Notes under the pieces: model-generated | What the model saw: only the letters and a program-made list of their open reading frames with translations | The model's database searches: none | Told to the model about the DNA's origin: nothing | Origin: Octopus sinensis | Lineage: Eukaryota | Direction of reading: 5' to 3' | NCBI RefSeq assembly: GCF_006345805.1 | Contig: NC_043010.1 | Span: 29,574,001 to 29,638,000, forward strand | DNA length: 64,000 bases | Part shown: positions 38,251 through 50,216 of the stretch, one piece after another | Layout of the letters: every line of letters starts with the position of its first letter | How positions within the stretch are numbered: position 1 is the stretch's first letter | Translations under genes and position numbers: made by a program

Positions 38251-38544
38251 GGGCTTGTGTATATATATATATATTATATTGAGGGTACTACTATTCGTAG
38301 ATACCAACACGCTAAGAGGGACCAATGCGGTCAAAACTACTAAAAATAAACAAAATTTTACCGAATGCAAAACTTCAAAACACATCACTTTAAAAAAGAA
38401 TTCAGTTACATATCACATGTGATTTCGCATTTAATGCAGAATATGCATTTCATGTTCATCAGTGCAACAAACTCAAGAAATATAAGAGAAAAACATAACA
38501 TTACAAGCTCGATAGCCAACCGTAGAATTCATCGTAGCATGTAA

Positions 38545-38606
<62 letters not shown>

Positions 38607-38619
38607 TATTTTTCCTCAC

Positions 38620-39160
38620 CCCCTCCTTAATTCTTCTGTCCCTCTGCTTCTACGTCTCTCTCTTCTTTTCCCACGTGACCAATCGGCCAGCCTGCTCTCT
38701 CTTTCTTGGTCTGACCGTGGTCCGTGCAACATCGATATTCTTCCCTGTGTTTGTGAAATTTTTGTATCTTTGCCGTAAGGCTTCATTTCCACGCATGCCA
38801 GCTTAATTCAATTCGTCCTTAGTTGAAAGACACCTGTTGTTTTGTCCTGTTATCATTTTTATTATATTTATATTTGTGTAAAATTGTCTGTTTTTTCCAT
38901 CCTTTTTTTTTGTATACATTCACTGCTTTCTTCCAAGGAATCTAATGCTCTTAGCTTAGTTTTTCCTTGGGGCTGGCCAAATTGGAGCAATCTCAAGAAT
39001 AATCAGCCAAAATTGCGAGGATAATCTGGTTCTTGACTGAAGATAGAAAACTTTGAATGGCCCGTCCTTGTTTTCTTTGTATTGTCTATCTGGATGTTTT
39101 GGTTGTTCCTTTTTGTATCACCTAGTTGTCCGGATGTTTTGCGTTCTTGTCCCATTTTGT
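38620..39160. repeat. Dispersed repeat of uncertain class
   Basis: Recognised from memory as a common octopus interspersed sequence; only one copy in the window; no coding signal. Confidence 0.35.
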
Positions 39161-39205
39161 ATTTTATATATATATATATATATATATACACATACATACA
39201 TATAT

Positions 39206-39253
<48 letters not shown>

Positions 39254-39270
39254 ATATATATATACATATA

Positions 39271-40315
39271 CAGTGATACCTCGCAATATGAGTTTAATTC
39301 ATTCCATGACCTAGCTCATTTTACAAATCAGTTTTCCCCATTGAAATTAACTAAAATATAATTAATCCATTCCAGCCCCCAAAAATAATTTTTTATGAGT
39401 TTTAAAACAGAAAAGGTGTAGTTACAAGTAAAATGACAATTACATAAAAAAAATGCTGGTTTTATTAACTGAATTACCTTAAAGATAGGACAATTTGTGA
39501 TGAGGAAGATGATGGAGCAGGGAGATGAAGGGTAACTGTTTGGAAGGAGATATTTTTTCAGGATGATATTTCTCTACAAATTCAGAAACATACTGCCACT
39601 TTGCCAGCACTGCCTTTATCTCACTTGCTACACTGTCCTCCACTACACTGCCAGGCCATATCAATGATTTTCAGACAGTTTATAATGTTGTTGTGCTCCT
39701 TTCAAAACTCACAAAGGGATTAGATGTGTATTTTTGGTGACTTCGAAGCACTGACAAAACAAGTGTTTGGTGTACAATTTTTTAAAATTAGAAATCACCT
39801 GTTGGCCCATGGTCTCCAAGATAAGGGTGATGTTGCATGAAAGATACATAACTTTTATGAATTTAAATTCATCTAGGATATCATCTTTGAGGTTAGGAGG
39901 ATAAATGAGCAGGAGCATATTTGATGAGGAAGGTCTTAAGGGGAAGATTGTTCTCCAGAAGATACTTTTTCTCTGTTGGTCTGAAGACAAGGTTGACCCA
40001 CTTGGAGAAGAATTGCCTGGTGACCTGGGCTTTAACGTTTGCCCTCCACATGACCTACAGCTTCAACTTCAGGATTTTGTGTGACTTGAACAATTGTGGG
40101 TTTTCAGAATGGCAGACAAGGAGCAGCTTAATGTTCAAGTCTCCACTTGCATTGGTACAAAGGGCGAGAGTTAGCCTATCCTTCATAGGCTTATGGCCTC
40201 ACATTTTGTTCTCCTCTGCAGTTATGTAGGTTCTTCTCAGCATTTTATTCCCAAAAAAGCCAGTTTCATCACAGTTGAGTGCCTGTTATGCAATGTACCC
40301 CCAGCTGAAATCCTT
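39271..40315 (-). mobile_element. Tigger/pogo transposon 3' half
   Basis: TA|CAGTGATACCTCG terminus; NCDETG...RRTYITAEE, KDRLTLALCTNASGD, MWRANVKAQVTRQFF, QQVISNFKKLYTKHLF. Confidence 0.85.
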
Positions 40316-41215
40316 TCTTTTTGACTGAGTATCTTTTCTTAAGGGAAGATTTGCATCTTGTGTTTCCTAACTTGTTCAGTTTCCAGGCTTCTATTCTACT
40401 CAGATCTTGTGTTAAAGTCTTCACTTTATTTTGTAGTCTCTTTTCCCCCCATTTGCTCTTTTTTAATCTTTCCTTGTGATATATCTAATCTTCTAGTGGC
40501 AACTGCCCCTCCTGCACAGATCAGTAAGTTAGCATCTCCTATATTTTAATATATATCCTACTGATAACTGAATCCAATTTCCTAGTCATATCTAGCAGCT
40601 TCCTTCTGTCGGTGCCTTTTAATGCTGGCAATCTTTTTCTTTCTTCTTTACTCATTACTTCCTGCAACTCATCTAAAATCTTCTGATTTTCCTCACTTAA
40701 ATCACTTAAGTCGTTGGTGCCAGTTGTCCCTTCCTTATTGGTAGCACTATTATTATTTTTTTTCTTTAGGTTCTTTTTTGGCTTGAGGTGTATCTCTTAC
40801 GTTGTTGTTTGTCTTTCCTACTACCTGGTCTTTCTTTTCCAGTTTTCTTGTGATCTATTCTACCTCCAATTCTGTCATCCACTTTCTTCTCCTAATAGCA
40901 TTAGCTTAGTCTACAAATCTCTCCTCAGTCACTTTAAACATACCCTTCTCTACCCAAAGTATTAACATCCATTTTCTATAGCACCTTCTTTTAGGTTCAC
41001 TTTCTAAGTAGCACTGCATCACTATCCTGTTTTTTTTTCGCTGGTCCACTTTGTTCTCCTTACTCTATTATCTGCTGATGCTGTATTCAGATAACAGCTG
41101 TGGTCAGTCAGCATCTTTACTGAACCACTGCCTAGTGAGAGGCCTTCCCTTAAAGGTCCAGCTTCATTTTCACTGTTACAATCAGAGTTCCTTTTGAAAC
41201 TCCTGTCTCTCATAA
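40315..41215 (-). mobile_element. R4/Dong LINE N-terminal fragment (divergent from 1-3205)
   Basis: RRTKWTSEKK...RRCYRKWML.LWVEKGMFKVTEERFVD*ANAIRRRKWMTELEVE; RLPALK...KLDSVI...WKKRLQNKVKTLTQDLSRI...KRYSVKKKG. Confidence 0.8.
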
Positions 41216-41722
41216 ACTAAAGTAAGGTAACATTCGTCACCATGGTAATCACCACTATTATTTTTCAATATCTGATTGTAACTTTCTGTTGCATCATTTG
41301 TTGCACCTTTGTGCTGGTAGGATAACGTATGCTGCATTTTATTATTATTATTATCATTATTTTTATTATTAACTAATTTTTGTTAAATCATTCTTGTATT
41401 TCAGAGTCCACCATACAATTCTTACATCTTCGTGAATAATTCATTATTTCCTGCAACAATTCAAGATTTCCATTGATGTAGAAAATCTAATGCTTATATA
41501 TACATATATACTTTAAAAAGATGCGTTTCTGTTTTGAATTTTAACCAAATATGGGTTCTTTAGCCCTGAGTGGGTTCAATGGTAACCTCTCTCCATCAGT
41601 AGCATCTCAACTGCTGAAGAAATACACGACTTAATTCTCAACCAGTTTTCCCTTATGAGTTCCACCTGAAACAATCACCATGGGCCTTTAGTTTAGAGAA
41701 GTGCAACACAAAAAATAACAAT

Positions 41723-42871
41723 ATGTCTCAGCAAACATATATTCAAGATTTATCATCCAGTGTAAATAGTTCAGTGACTAATCAGAAATCTTCTATACCT
41801 GTCCACAGCACAGATAACAGTTTATGCACAAAAAACTTCCAGTTAATGCCATCACTTCAAATTCTACAGCAAGACCAAAAATCAAAAACTTCCATTTCTG
41901 ATCAACTTAGTTATAAAGACATGATTTGCCATGTCAGTGGATACCAGGCCCACAATATCGGGACCACTGTTTCAAAATCACTTAATATTCCTAATGTGAG
42001 GTGTCAGAGAAATCATGAAGAACATTCTCAATCTAATAAAGATGGGTGTACTGCTGCCGGCCAGGATTTTGAGTCCCAACGATTTCACTGCTCAGTGTGC
42101 AATAAAAGTTATGCACGATCTAATCAACTGGTATGTCACAACAGAATTCACACGGGAGAAAAACCTTATGCCTGTGATGTTTGCGAAAAAAAATTCACTC
42201 GGTCAGATCAGCTGAAGTACCACAAACGTACCCACAGTGGAGAAAAACCTTACCAATGTACATTTTGCACAAAAAGTTTTGCACGTTCAGACAAACTGAA
42301 ATGCCACATTCGTGTTCACACTGGTGAGAAACCATATCAGTGCAAAACCTGTGAAAAGCAGTTTGCTCGCTCTGACAAACTACGAGCCCATGATCGCATA
42401 CATACTGGCGAGAAACCTTATCATTGTGACCTTTGTCCAAAAATGTTTGCTCAGTCTGATAAGCTACGATGTCACAGACGTATCCATACTGGTGAGAAAC
42501 CTTACCAATGCACTGAATGTGGGAAGCAGTTCTCCCGCTCTGACAAACTTGTCCAGCACAAACGAATTCACACTGGGGAAAGACCTTTTCAATGTAATAT
42601 TTGCTCAAAACAGTTTCTTCGTTCTGACAAAATGCAGTTACACCGGAAAACTCATTTTGTTGCACCATCGACAGTTTTGTTATCAAAAGTTACTGGAAAA
42701 CAACAGAGTCCAAAATTGAACAACCACACAGAACCTCATCACACAATCAGTCCATCATTAACCAACGATGATGTTATCTGCATTGATGATACTGAACTGG
42801 CTGTCCTTACCAACAAAAACTTAAAGGAATACATGCCCAATAACCCCTATTTCTGGCCAGCAGTCAACTGA
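41723..42871 (+). CDS. C2H2 zinc-finger protein, 382 aa, seven tandem fingers
   Basis: Uninterrupted ORF; 7x CxxC-x12-HxxxH with TGEKP/SGEKP/TGERP linkers; frame is open back to 41618; splice acceptor TTCTTGTATTTCAG| at 41404 suggests upstream exons. Confidence 0.95.
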   Translation: MSQQTYIQDLSSSVNSSVTNQKSSIPVHSTDNSLCTKNFQLMPSLQILQQDQKSKTSISDQLSYKDMICHVSGYQAHNIGTTVSKSLNIPNVRCQRNHEEHSQSNKDGCTAAGQDFESQRFHCSVCNKSYARSNQLVCHNRIHTGEKPYACDVCEKKFTRSDQLKYHKRTHSGEKPYQCTFCTKSFARSDKLKCHIRVHTGEKPYQCKTCEKQFARSDKLRAHDRIHTGEKPYHCDLCPKMFAQSDKLRCHRRIHTGEKPYQCTECGKQFSRSDKLVQHKRIHTGERPFQCNICSKQFLRSDKMQLHRKTHFVAPSTVLLSKVTGKQQSPKLNNHTEPHHTISPSLTNDDVICIDDTELAVLTNKNLKEYMPNNPYFWPAVN

Positions 42872-43667
42872 GGAAACAAGATAAACCCCTTTTAACCCCA
42901 GCTTCTGACCTACAATCAATTAAAATTGTTGCTCAAGAAAAATTATATCTGTGATTTCACATCCAGGCAGGACTACAAACTGCATCACTATCTTGGTTTG
43001 CATGAACAATACTATTATTCCCTACTACTTTCAAACTTTGATCCATCACATTTGCTCTTGTAGTAGTTTCCAAAGATACCATTTGCTATTCTTTGAAGAT
43101 AACTTCTTCCACCACTATGTTATTAACAATCCAAAGATAGGAGCTACTGTGTAACCACTTGACCTGTTAAAAATAACAGCCAAATCATCAAATCACACAC
43201 TATTATCTCAGGAAAAAATGGAAGGATGCAGAGTAACCACCTACTCTATAATACTTTCGCTATTTCATGGACCTTCAATTTTTATTGCATTTCTGACTAT
43301 GCTGAATCAACTTCAATGGCAATCTTTTATTTTGAATCCATTTAGGGGATAATCTCACCACCATCATCATCCTCATAGCAACAGAGACTCTTCAGAGGTC
43401 TACCTAATCAAGGCAGAGTCAAGACTAATAAAAAATCTTATTATGACAGACACCTCAAAAATTTACTCAATCAGGGCTGAATTAAAGCTAAACAATTGCC
43501 ATGCTTTCATATCCGCTTCTGTTTCCTGCCATTAGAGCCAGATTCCTCTCTCTCTCTCTCTCTCTCTGATACACTTCTACCCCATGACAGTCTGCTTCAA
43601 AATAATAAACTTCCTTCTCATTCAAAATATTCATGTTTCTCCTCTGAAATATGTGTGTGTGTGTGTG

Positions 43668-43725
<58 letters not shown>

Positions 43726-43800
43726 ATATTTGGGGATGGTCATATTTTCACCAATTAACCACACACACACTACAGGACTATATACTTAGTCTTCACTTTA

Positions 43801-46374
43801 TATATATATATATAGATGTGTGTATTTTTCCCTTGTTAACAATTAACACAGAAAAAATAGATAAATAGTTACCAGGGTAGCAAAAAATCACACACACGTA
43901 AACCCGAAGTTTCTACCTTTAAAAACAAGGAGTTACAACCTCTTTACTTGTGTGATTTTTTGCTACCCTGGAAACTATCTATTTTTTTCCGTGTTAATTG
44001 TTAACAAGGAAAAAATACACACATCTATTTATATATACTTCAATCAGGTTTCTTTATAACCTGCTAACAAAATAGTCACAGCATATGGAGTTATTTAATA
44101 TTACCGCATCTCTGAAGGATATTCCCATTCCACCAAAGAATGCTTTCCTTAAACAACTTGTCAATAAGATAAATTCATTTATCAACCATATCAGATGGCT
44201 CATGTTTTTCTTTGACAACGACACTCAACAACACACTAATGATATAACCTCTGAATTTAACAAGTTATTTAAATCTATAAATAGTCCTCCACCTAACCCA
44301 AGATTGAAGCAGTTTGAGGATGATCTTTGGTCCATTGTGAGAAATGTAAAATTTCAATGATCACCGCTAAGAAATAAACATCTGAGGTATCTTCACAATA
44401 TCACCAAGGAAATTAATACTATGGATACTATGTTGGTTCAATCGGATAAAACTGGAAATCTGTACAAACTTGATAAGGACTATTATTTGGAATTACTTAA
44501 AAAAGAAATTCAGAAAAACTATAAAATAGTAGAAACTGTACTCAAGAAAGCCAACATTGAGGCTATGAAAATTATGGAGAAGTATAACCTACAAATGAAA
44601 ACAGAACCACTTGATCCTAAGCAACCTCGGTTCATTTTGAAAGATCACAAATAAAATTTTTTTAATAACCCATCATTAAGGCTTATCTGCCCTTCTAGCT
44701 CTGACATCGATGTCCATAGTAAAAATATGCTAGATAAATATGTTCCTACATTAATTAAAAAATTAAAACTTAGTTTATGGTCTAATTCATTTCAAGTAGT
44801 TGACTGGTTTAGTTCTATAAGAGGAGTACTAAGTTTATCCAGTTTGACATTTCTAATTTTTATTTATCCATCAACCCAATAGTACTTAATAAGGCACTTT
44901 GGCTTGCTCATAACAAAGCTGGTCTCACCAGGGAAGAAATTAATGTTGTGTTGGCAGCCAGAAAATCTATTATAAAATTTGACAATAAGTTGTGGGTTCA
45001 TAAAGACACACCAGATGGTTTTAATGTTACAATGGGAAGTTCTGATTCAGCAAAGTAGCTGATTTAGTCTGTATATATATACCTTTTGAAATGGCAAAAC
45101 AGTTCCCTAACATTAATGGAGGTCTATATTGTGATGATTGTTTACGTTACCTTCAAAATGCTTCCAACCAAAAGGTAAAAAAAGTTAAGAATAGTTTAGT
45201 TAAATTTTTCTGTAGAATGGGCTTTGATGATGATATCATGAAGGCCAACTTTTTAGATATTACGCTTAACTTACACAATAACTCTTACTTCCCATATCAT
45301 AAACCATCGACCAATCTTAAGTACATTAGCAGATTCAGTAATCATTCTAGGACAATTACTGGGAACTTAGTTAAGAATATTTCATTTAGATTATCTAAGT
45401 TATCTGCTAATGTTGACATTTTCAATGATAACGCTGAATCTTATAACTCTGCCTTACTTAAAGCAGGTTATACAGAGAAAATTATCTACATTGATTCCAT
45501 CCACTCTTATTCTAAATTCACTAATGTAGATATGAAATCTAGTTGTAAAGGAATTAGCGATAACAAATTTAATTTATACACCAATACAAAACAGAGGAAG
45601 GGAGATAACCCTTATTTAATTCCCTATTATCATTCTAAAGGTAAATTTAAGGCTTTCAATAATAATTCCACTAAAAATAGGATAAATAGTAGTTATACAA
45701 TTCGGTTAATTATTCCATACGGGAGGCAAATTAAATCTAATCTCCCATTGCAGTTTTGTGAAGCTATTATTAGGAATTTTCCAAAGAATTCTAGGTATCA
45801 CTCAATTATCAACTCACATACGGTTAGGATTGGCTTTTCTAACACAAAAAATCTCTTACAAATTATCTCTTCACATAATAACAACCTGTTAAGTATTAAT
45901 ACATTTACTAATACTAACATTAATTTAGCTAATACCATCCATCCCTCTAGAAATATTAATAACAAGGTTATTCTATCTGAAGTCAATTCCAACAGAATCA
46001 AGTTTGTCAAGTAACTCTAAAATTAAAAATTCTATATACCAATGTAAAATTATTACTCATAATAAAGTACAATTTTACATTGGAAGCAAGTCTTTACAGT
46101 TATCTATATATACTTATTATACACTATTTATTATTATGTACTTTTGTGATCTAGATAAATGTTTTATCATATTTTTTTTTCTATATGATATGTTTCATGT
46201 CTATCATTGTTTGAATTACATAATAGTGGTTCTTCTCTAATCTATATATATATATTATATTTATATTGTGAAATTTAATTTAATTGACTTTTTCCCTGTA
46301 AGTTTGGAGTTATACTCCCTAATATTATTATTATATTATTATATATATATAAGTAGTTTTAGAGACAGAACCAC
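43801..46374 (+). mobile_element. Penelope-like element, Naiad-like clade, pseudogenised; 5' fold-back; tail continues 48644-48910
   Basis: IPIPPK...IRW..FF; FEDDL...NVKF; DKTGNLY; FILKDHK*NF..P.LRLICP; FIQFDISNFY; FNVTMGS; GLYCDD; FLDITLNL...PYHKP; SNHSR; start of GIY-YIG (SIYQCKI...FYIGS) at about 46020-46090. Confidence 0.85.
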
Positions 46375-48643
46375 ATCATCATCATCATCGTTTAGCGTCC
46401 GTTTTCCATGCTAGCATGGGTTGGACGGTTCTACTGGGGTCTGTGAAGCCAGAAGGCTTCATCAGGCCCAGTCAAATCTGGCAGTGTTTCTACAGCTGGA
46501 TGCCCTTCCTAACGCCAACCACTCCGTGAGTGTAGTGGGTGCTTTTTACGTGCCACCCGCACAGGTGCCAGACAGAGCTGGCAAACGGCCACGAATGGAT
46601 GGTGTTTTTTATGTGCCACCGGCACAAGGGCCAGGCGAGGCTGGCAATGGACACGAAACGGGGCGGTGCTGGCAACGGTCACGAAACGGAAGGTTCTCTT
46701 ACATGCCACCGGCACTGGTAACACATCTGCAATTTCCATTGATCGATTTCCATTCTGATCCTCACTTGCCTCAACGGGTCTTCACAAGTAGAGTTTCGAC
46801 ATGCCACCGGCACTGGTAACACATCTGCAATTTCCATTGATCGATTTCGATTCTGATCCTCACTTGCCTCAACAGGTCTTCACAAGTAGAGTTGATCCTC
46901 ACTTGCCTCAACAGGTCTTCACAAGTAGAGTTGATCCTCACTTGCCTCAACAGGTCTTCACAAGTAGAGTTTTGTGTCCCAAGAAGGGAAGGTATGCATA
47001 CGTAGGCTGGCTCCATCCCAAGTAGAAGGCCACGGGTTATGGACTCACTTGTCCTGCCGGGTCTTCTCGCGCACAGCACACTTCCAGAGGACTCGGTCTC
47101 TAGTCATTTCCTCAGTGAGACCTAAAGTTCGAAGGTCGTGCTTCACCACCTCGTCCCAGGTTTTCCTGGGTCTGCCTCTTCCACAGGTTCCCTCAACCGC
47201 TAGGGTGTGGCACTTTTTCACACAACTATCTTCATCCATTCTCGCCACATGACCATACCAGCGCAATCGTCTCTCTTGCACACCACAACTGATGCTTCTT
47301 AGGTCCAGCTTTTCTCTCAAGGTACTTACACTCTGTCGATTATGAACACTGACATTACACATCCATCGGAGCATACTGGCTTCATTTCTTGCGAGCTTAC
47401 GCATATCCTCAGCAGTCACGGCCCATGTTTCACTGCCATGTAGCATGGCTGTTCGTACACACGCATCATACAGTCTGCCTTTCACTCTGTGCGAGAGGCC
47501 TTTTGTCACCAGCAGGGGTAAGAGCTCTCTGAACTTTGCCCAAGCTATTCTTACTCTAGCAGTTACACTTTCAGCACACCCGCCCCCGCTGCTGACTTGG
47601 TCACCTAGGTAACGGAAACTATCAACTATTTCTAGTTTTTCTCCCTGGAAAGTGACGGAAGTTGGTCTCAGAGCATTTTCAGTGTTTATTGTTCCTGAGC
47701 ATCTGCCACATACAAAAACCATCTTCCTAGTTAGCCTTCCTTTGACATTGCTGCACCTCTTATGTGTCCATAGCTTACACTTGGTGCATCTTATAGAGTT
47801 TCTACCTACACCTTTTCTACAGATCGAGCAGGGCCATCTACCTGAAGGCGTTTGTGATTTGTCTACCTTCCTACTGATTTACGACTTTGGTTTTAGCTAG
47901 ATTGACTCTGAGGCCCTTCGATTCTAATCCTTGTTTCCACACCTGAAACTTCTCCTCCAGTTCTGATAGCGACTCAGCAATTAGAGCAAGGTCATCAGCA
48001 TAGAGGAGCTCCCAAGGGCATCCTGACTTGAATTCCTCCGTTATTGCCTGGAGGACTATGATAAATAGGAGGGGGCTGAGTACTGAGCCTTGGTGGACCC
48101 CTACCTCTACCCGGAATTCTTCACTGTACTCGTTTCCAACCCTCACCCTACTAGCAGCGTCCCTATACATGGCCCGCACAGCTCTCACTAACCATTCATA
48201 TATCCCTAGTTTCCTCATTGCCCACCAGATAAGGGATCGGGGGACCCTGTCGAAGGCTTTCTCCATGTCAACAAAAGCCAGGTACAGGGGCTTATCTTTG
48301 GCTAGGGATTTCTCCTGCAGCTGCCTTACCAGGAATATAGCATCAGTAGTACTTTTCCCTGGCACAAACCCAAACTGCATCTCATCTAAACTAACTCTCT
48401 CTCTAATTAGTTGGGCTATGACCCTCTCCGTAACCTTCATCACCTGATCCAACAGCTTGATACCTCTGTAATTATTTGTATCTAGGGCGTCACCTTTACC
48501 TTTGTAGCAGTTGACTATTATGCTGCTACACCAGTCATTGGGTATGACTCCTTTGTGTATCACCTGATTAACTATATGGGTGACTAGGCTATAGCCGACA
48601 CTACCAGACATTTTGAGCATCTCTGCAGTGATTCCTGATGGGC
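46375..48643 (-). mobile_element. Young 5'-truncated RTE LINE; RT ORF with a single +1 frameshift near 47880
   Basis: ORFs 47871-48620 and 47045-47722 join after removing one base; FVDMEKAFD, GVHQGSVLSPLLF, LLYADD, FRYLG, RGRPRKTW; (CAT)n tail. Confidence 0.95.
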
Positions 48644-48898
48644 CTTCAACTCAATCAACACTGAAAGGTTTTATACCCGACTACTCCATAAAATGTTAAA
48701 AATTAAATCTTATACTAATTATATCTATTCTGAATCCAGTGTTGATTGAGTTGAAGGTGGTTCTGTCTCTAAAACTACTTTTATATATACAAATTAAACA
48801 TTGAGAGATGTTCATTTTAGTACATCTATTTGAATGTCTTTTTCCTGTGTACTCAGAAGTAATATTCCCTAATAATTATAATAATATATATAATATAT

Positions 48899-48940
<42 letters not shown>

Positions 48941-48943
<3 letters not shown>

Positions 48944-49270
48944 GGAGTGATGAATATATTGCCATCTGAATTTTAAAAAAATGAAAATAACACTGACATC
49001 TCATTTTAACAGATATATTTACCAAAATTACATGAAAATATCTTGAAGTCCTAAAAAGTAAATTTATTCAATAAAATTGCCATTTGCTTCAGCCTCCAGA
49101 CAACTTCAGAATCTTCTGCAACTCTTCTGGATGGTCTTTTTGTTTAAGTTGGTGAATGCTGCCATAATTCTTGACTTCAGTTCATCTTTGGTGTTACAAG
49201 GAGTTTTGTTGGTCTCTCACTCAACTACGCCCCACACATAATAATCAAGTGGGTTGCAGTTTGGGGAGTT
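48941..49270 (-). mobile_element. Tc1/mariner (maT/DD37D-like) 3' end
   Basis: NSPNCNPLDYYVW...ETNKTPCNTKDELKSRIMAAF...CRRF; terminus TA|CAGGG. Confidence 0.75.
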
Positions 49271-50216
49271 AATAATTGTTGTTGACAAACAACCACAGAA
49301 ATTGTATACACCTCAATAGACGTCATTGAATGGTTGAAATTGCCGAAATGCAAGAAATTAAACAACAAATAGCTTACAAACTACAGAATTTTTTCAAGAA
49401 AGCCAAGAGAAAAATATGTTTTATGTAACATTCTACCAGTGTACGAAGTTTAAAAGTGTTTAGTTACATGGAAATTATTTTTAAAATCTGCTGGTCAAAG
49501 TGAAAAGATCCCAGGTTCCTTCTACAGTTAGGGAGTGGTACTTCCTCACGCAGCTGTCTTCATTCATAGTAACACATGGCCATACCAGCGCAGTCGCCTC
49601 TCTTGCACACCACATTTGATGCTTCTTATGTTCAACTTCTCAGGGCACTTACACTCTCTCTCACACACACACACTTTCTCTCTCTCTCTCTCACTTTCTC
49701 GCTCTCTCTCGCGCACATACAAAACACACACTTTCTGTCCCCCCCCCCCCCATCAACACATACACATGTCCATTTCCTCTCACTTTCACTTTAGGCCGAC
49801 TTCAAACAAAATGTACATTTCCACCCACAAAAATAAATAAATAAATGTTTACGGAATTTATCGAACGCCGTAAGGTAACAGCTGAGCTGCGCGCGCACGC
49901 CTTCCAGGTGAAACGAAAGATTTCCCCCACCCCACTTCCTTGCATCATTTAACACACGCTATATCGTAGACTCGTTGCCCGGTTAGTACCGTCTGAATTA
50001 AATATGCGGTTTACAAATCCCTTATTGTGGGTTTAGTTTTGCCATTAGTGTGAATAAAATTCTAATGTTAACTCTATATTATGCAGAGAGATTAACTTCT
50101 GGAAACTTGCTCATTCTTTTACACTGATTTTTATTTTCACCAAATAAACCATTGATCGGAACTACCCATGCAAAAATAATTAATGATTGTATTATAAAGG
50201 AAAAGAATAAAACTTT

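Noticed and set aside
39030-39075. CTGAAGA...TGAAT hammerhead-like string
   Set aside because: No GAAA and no stem I.
46853-46970. CRISPR-like arrays (39-bp unit here, 32-bp unit at 20865)
   Set aside because: Head-to-tail repeats with no unique spacers, in a eukaryotic context.
48655-48700. Possible PLE hammerhead in the hairpin loop (CTGAAAGG...CCCGAC)
   Set aside because: Both core halves deviate; not supportable.
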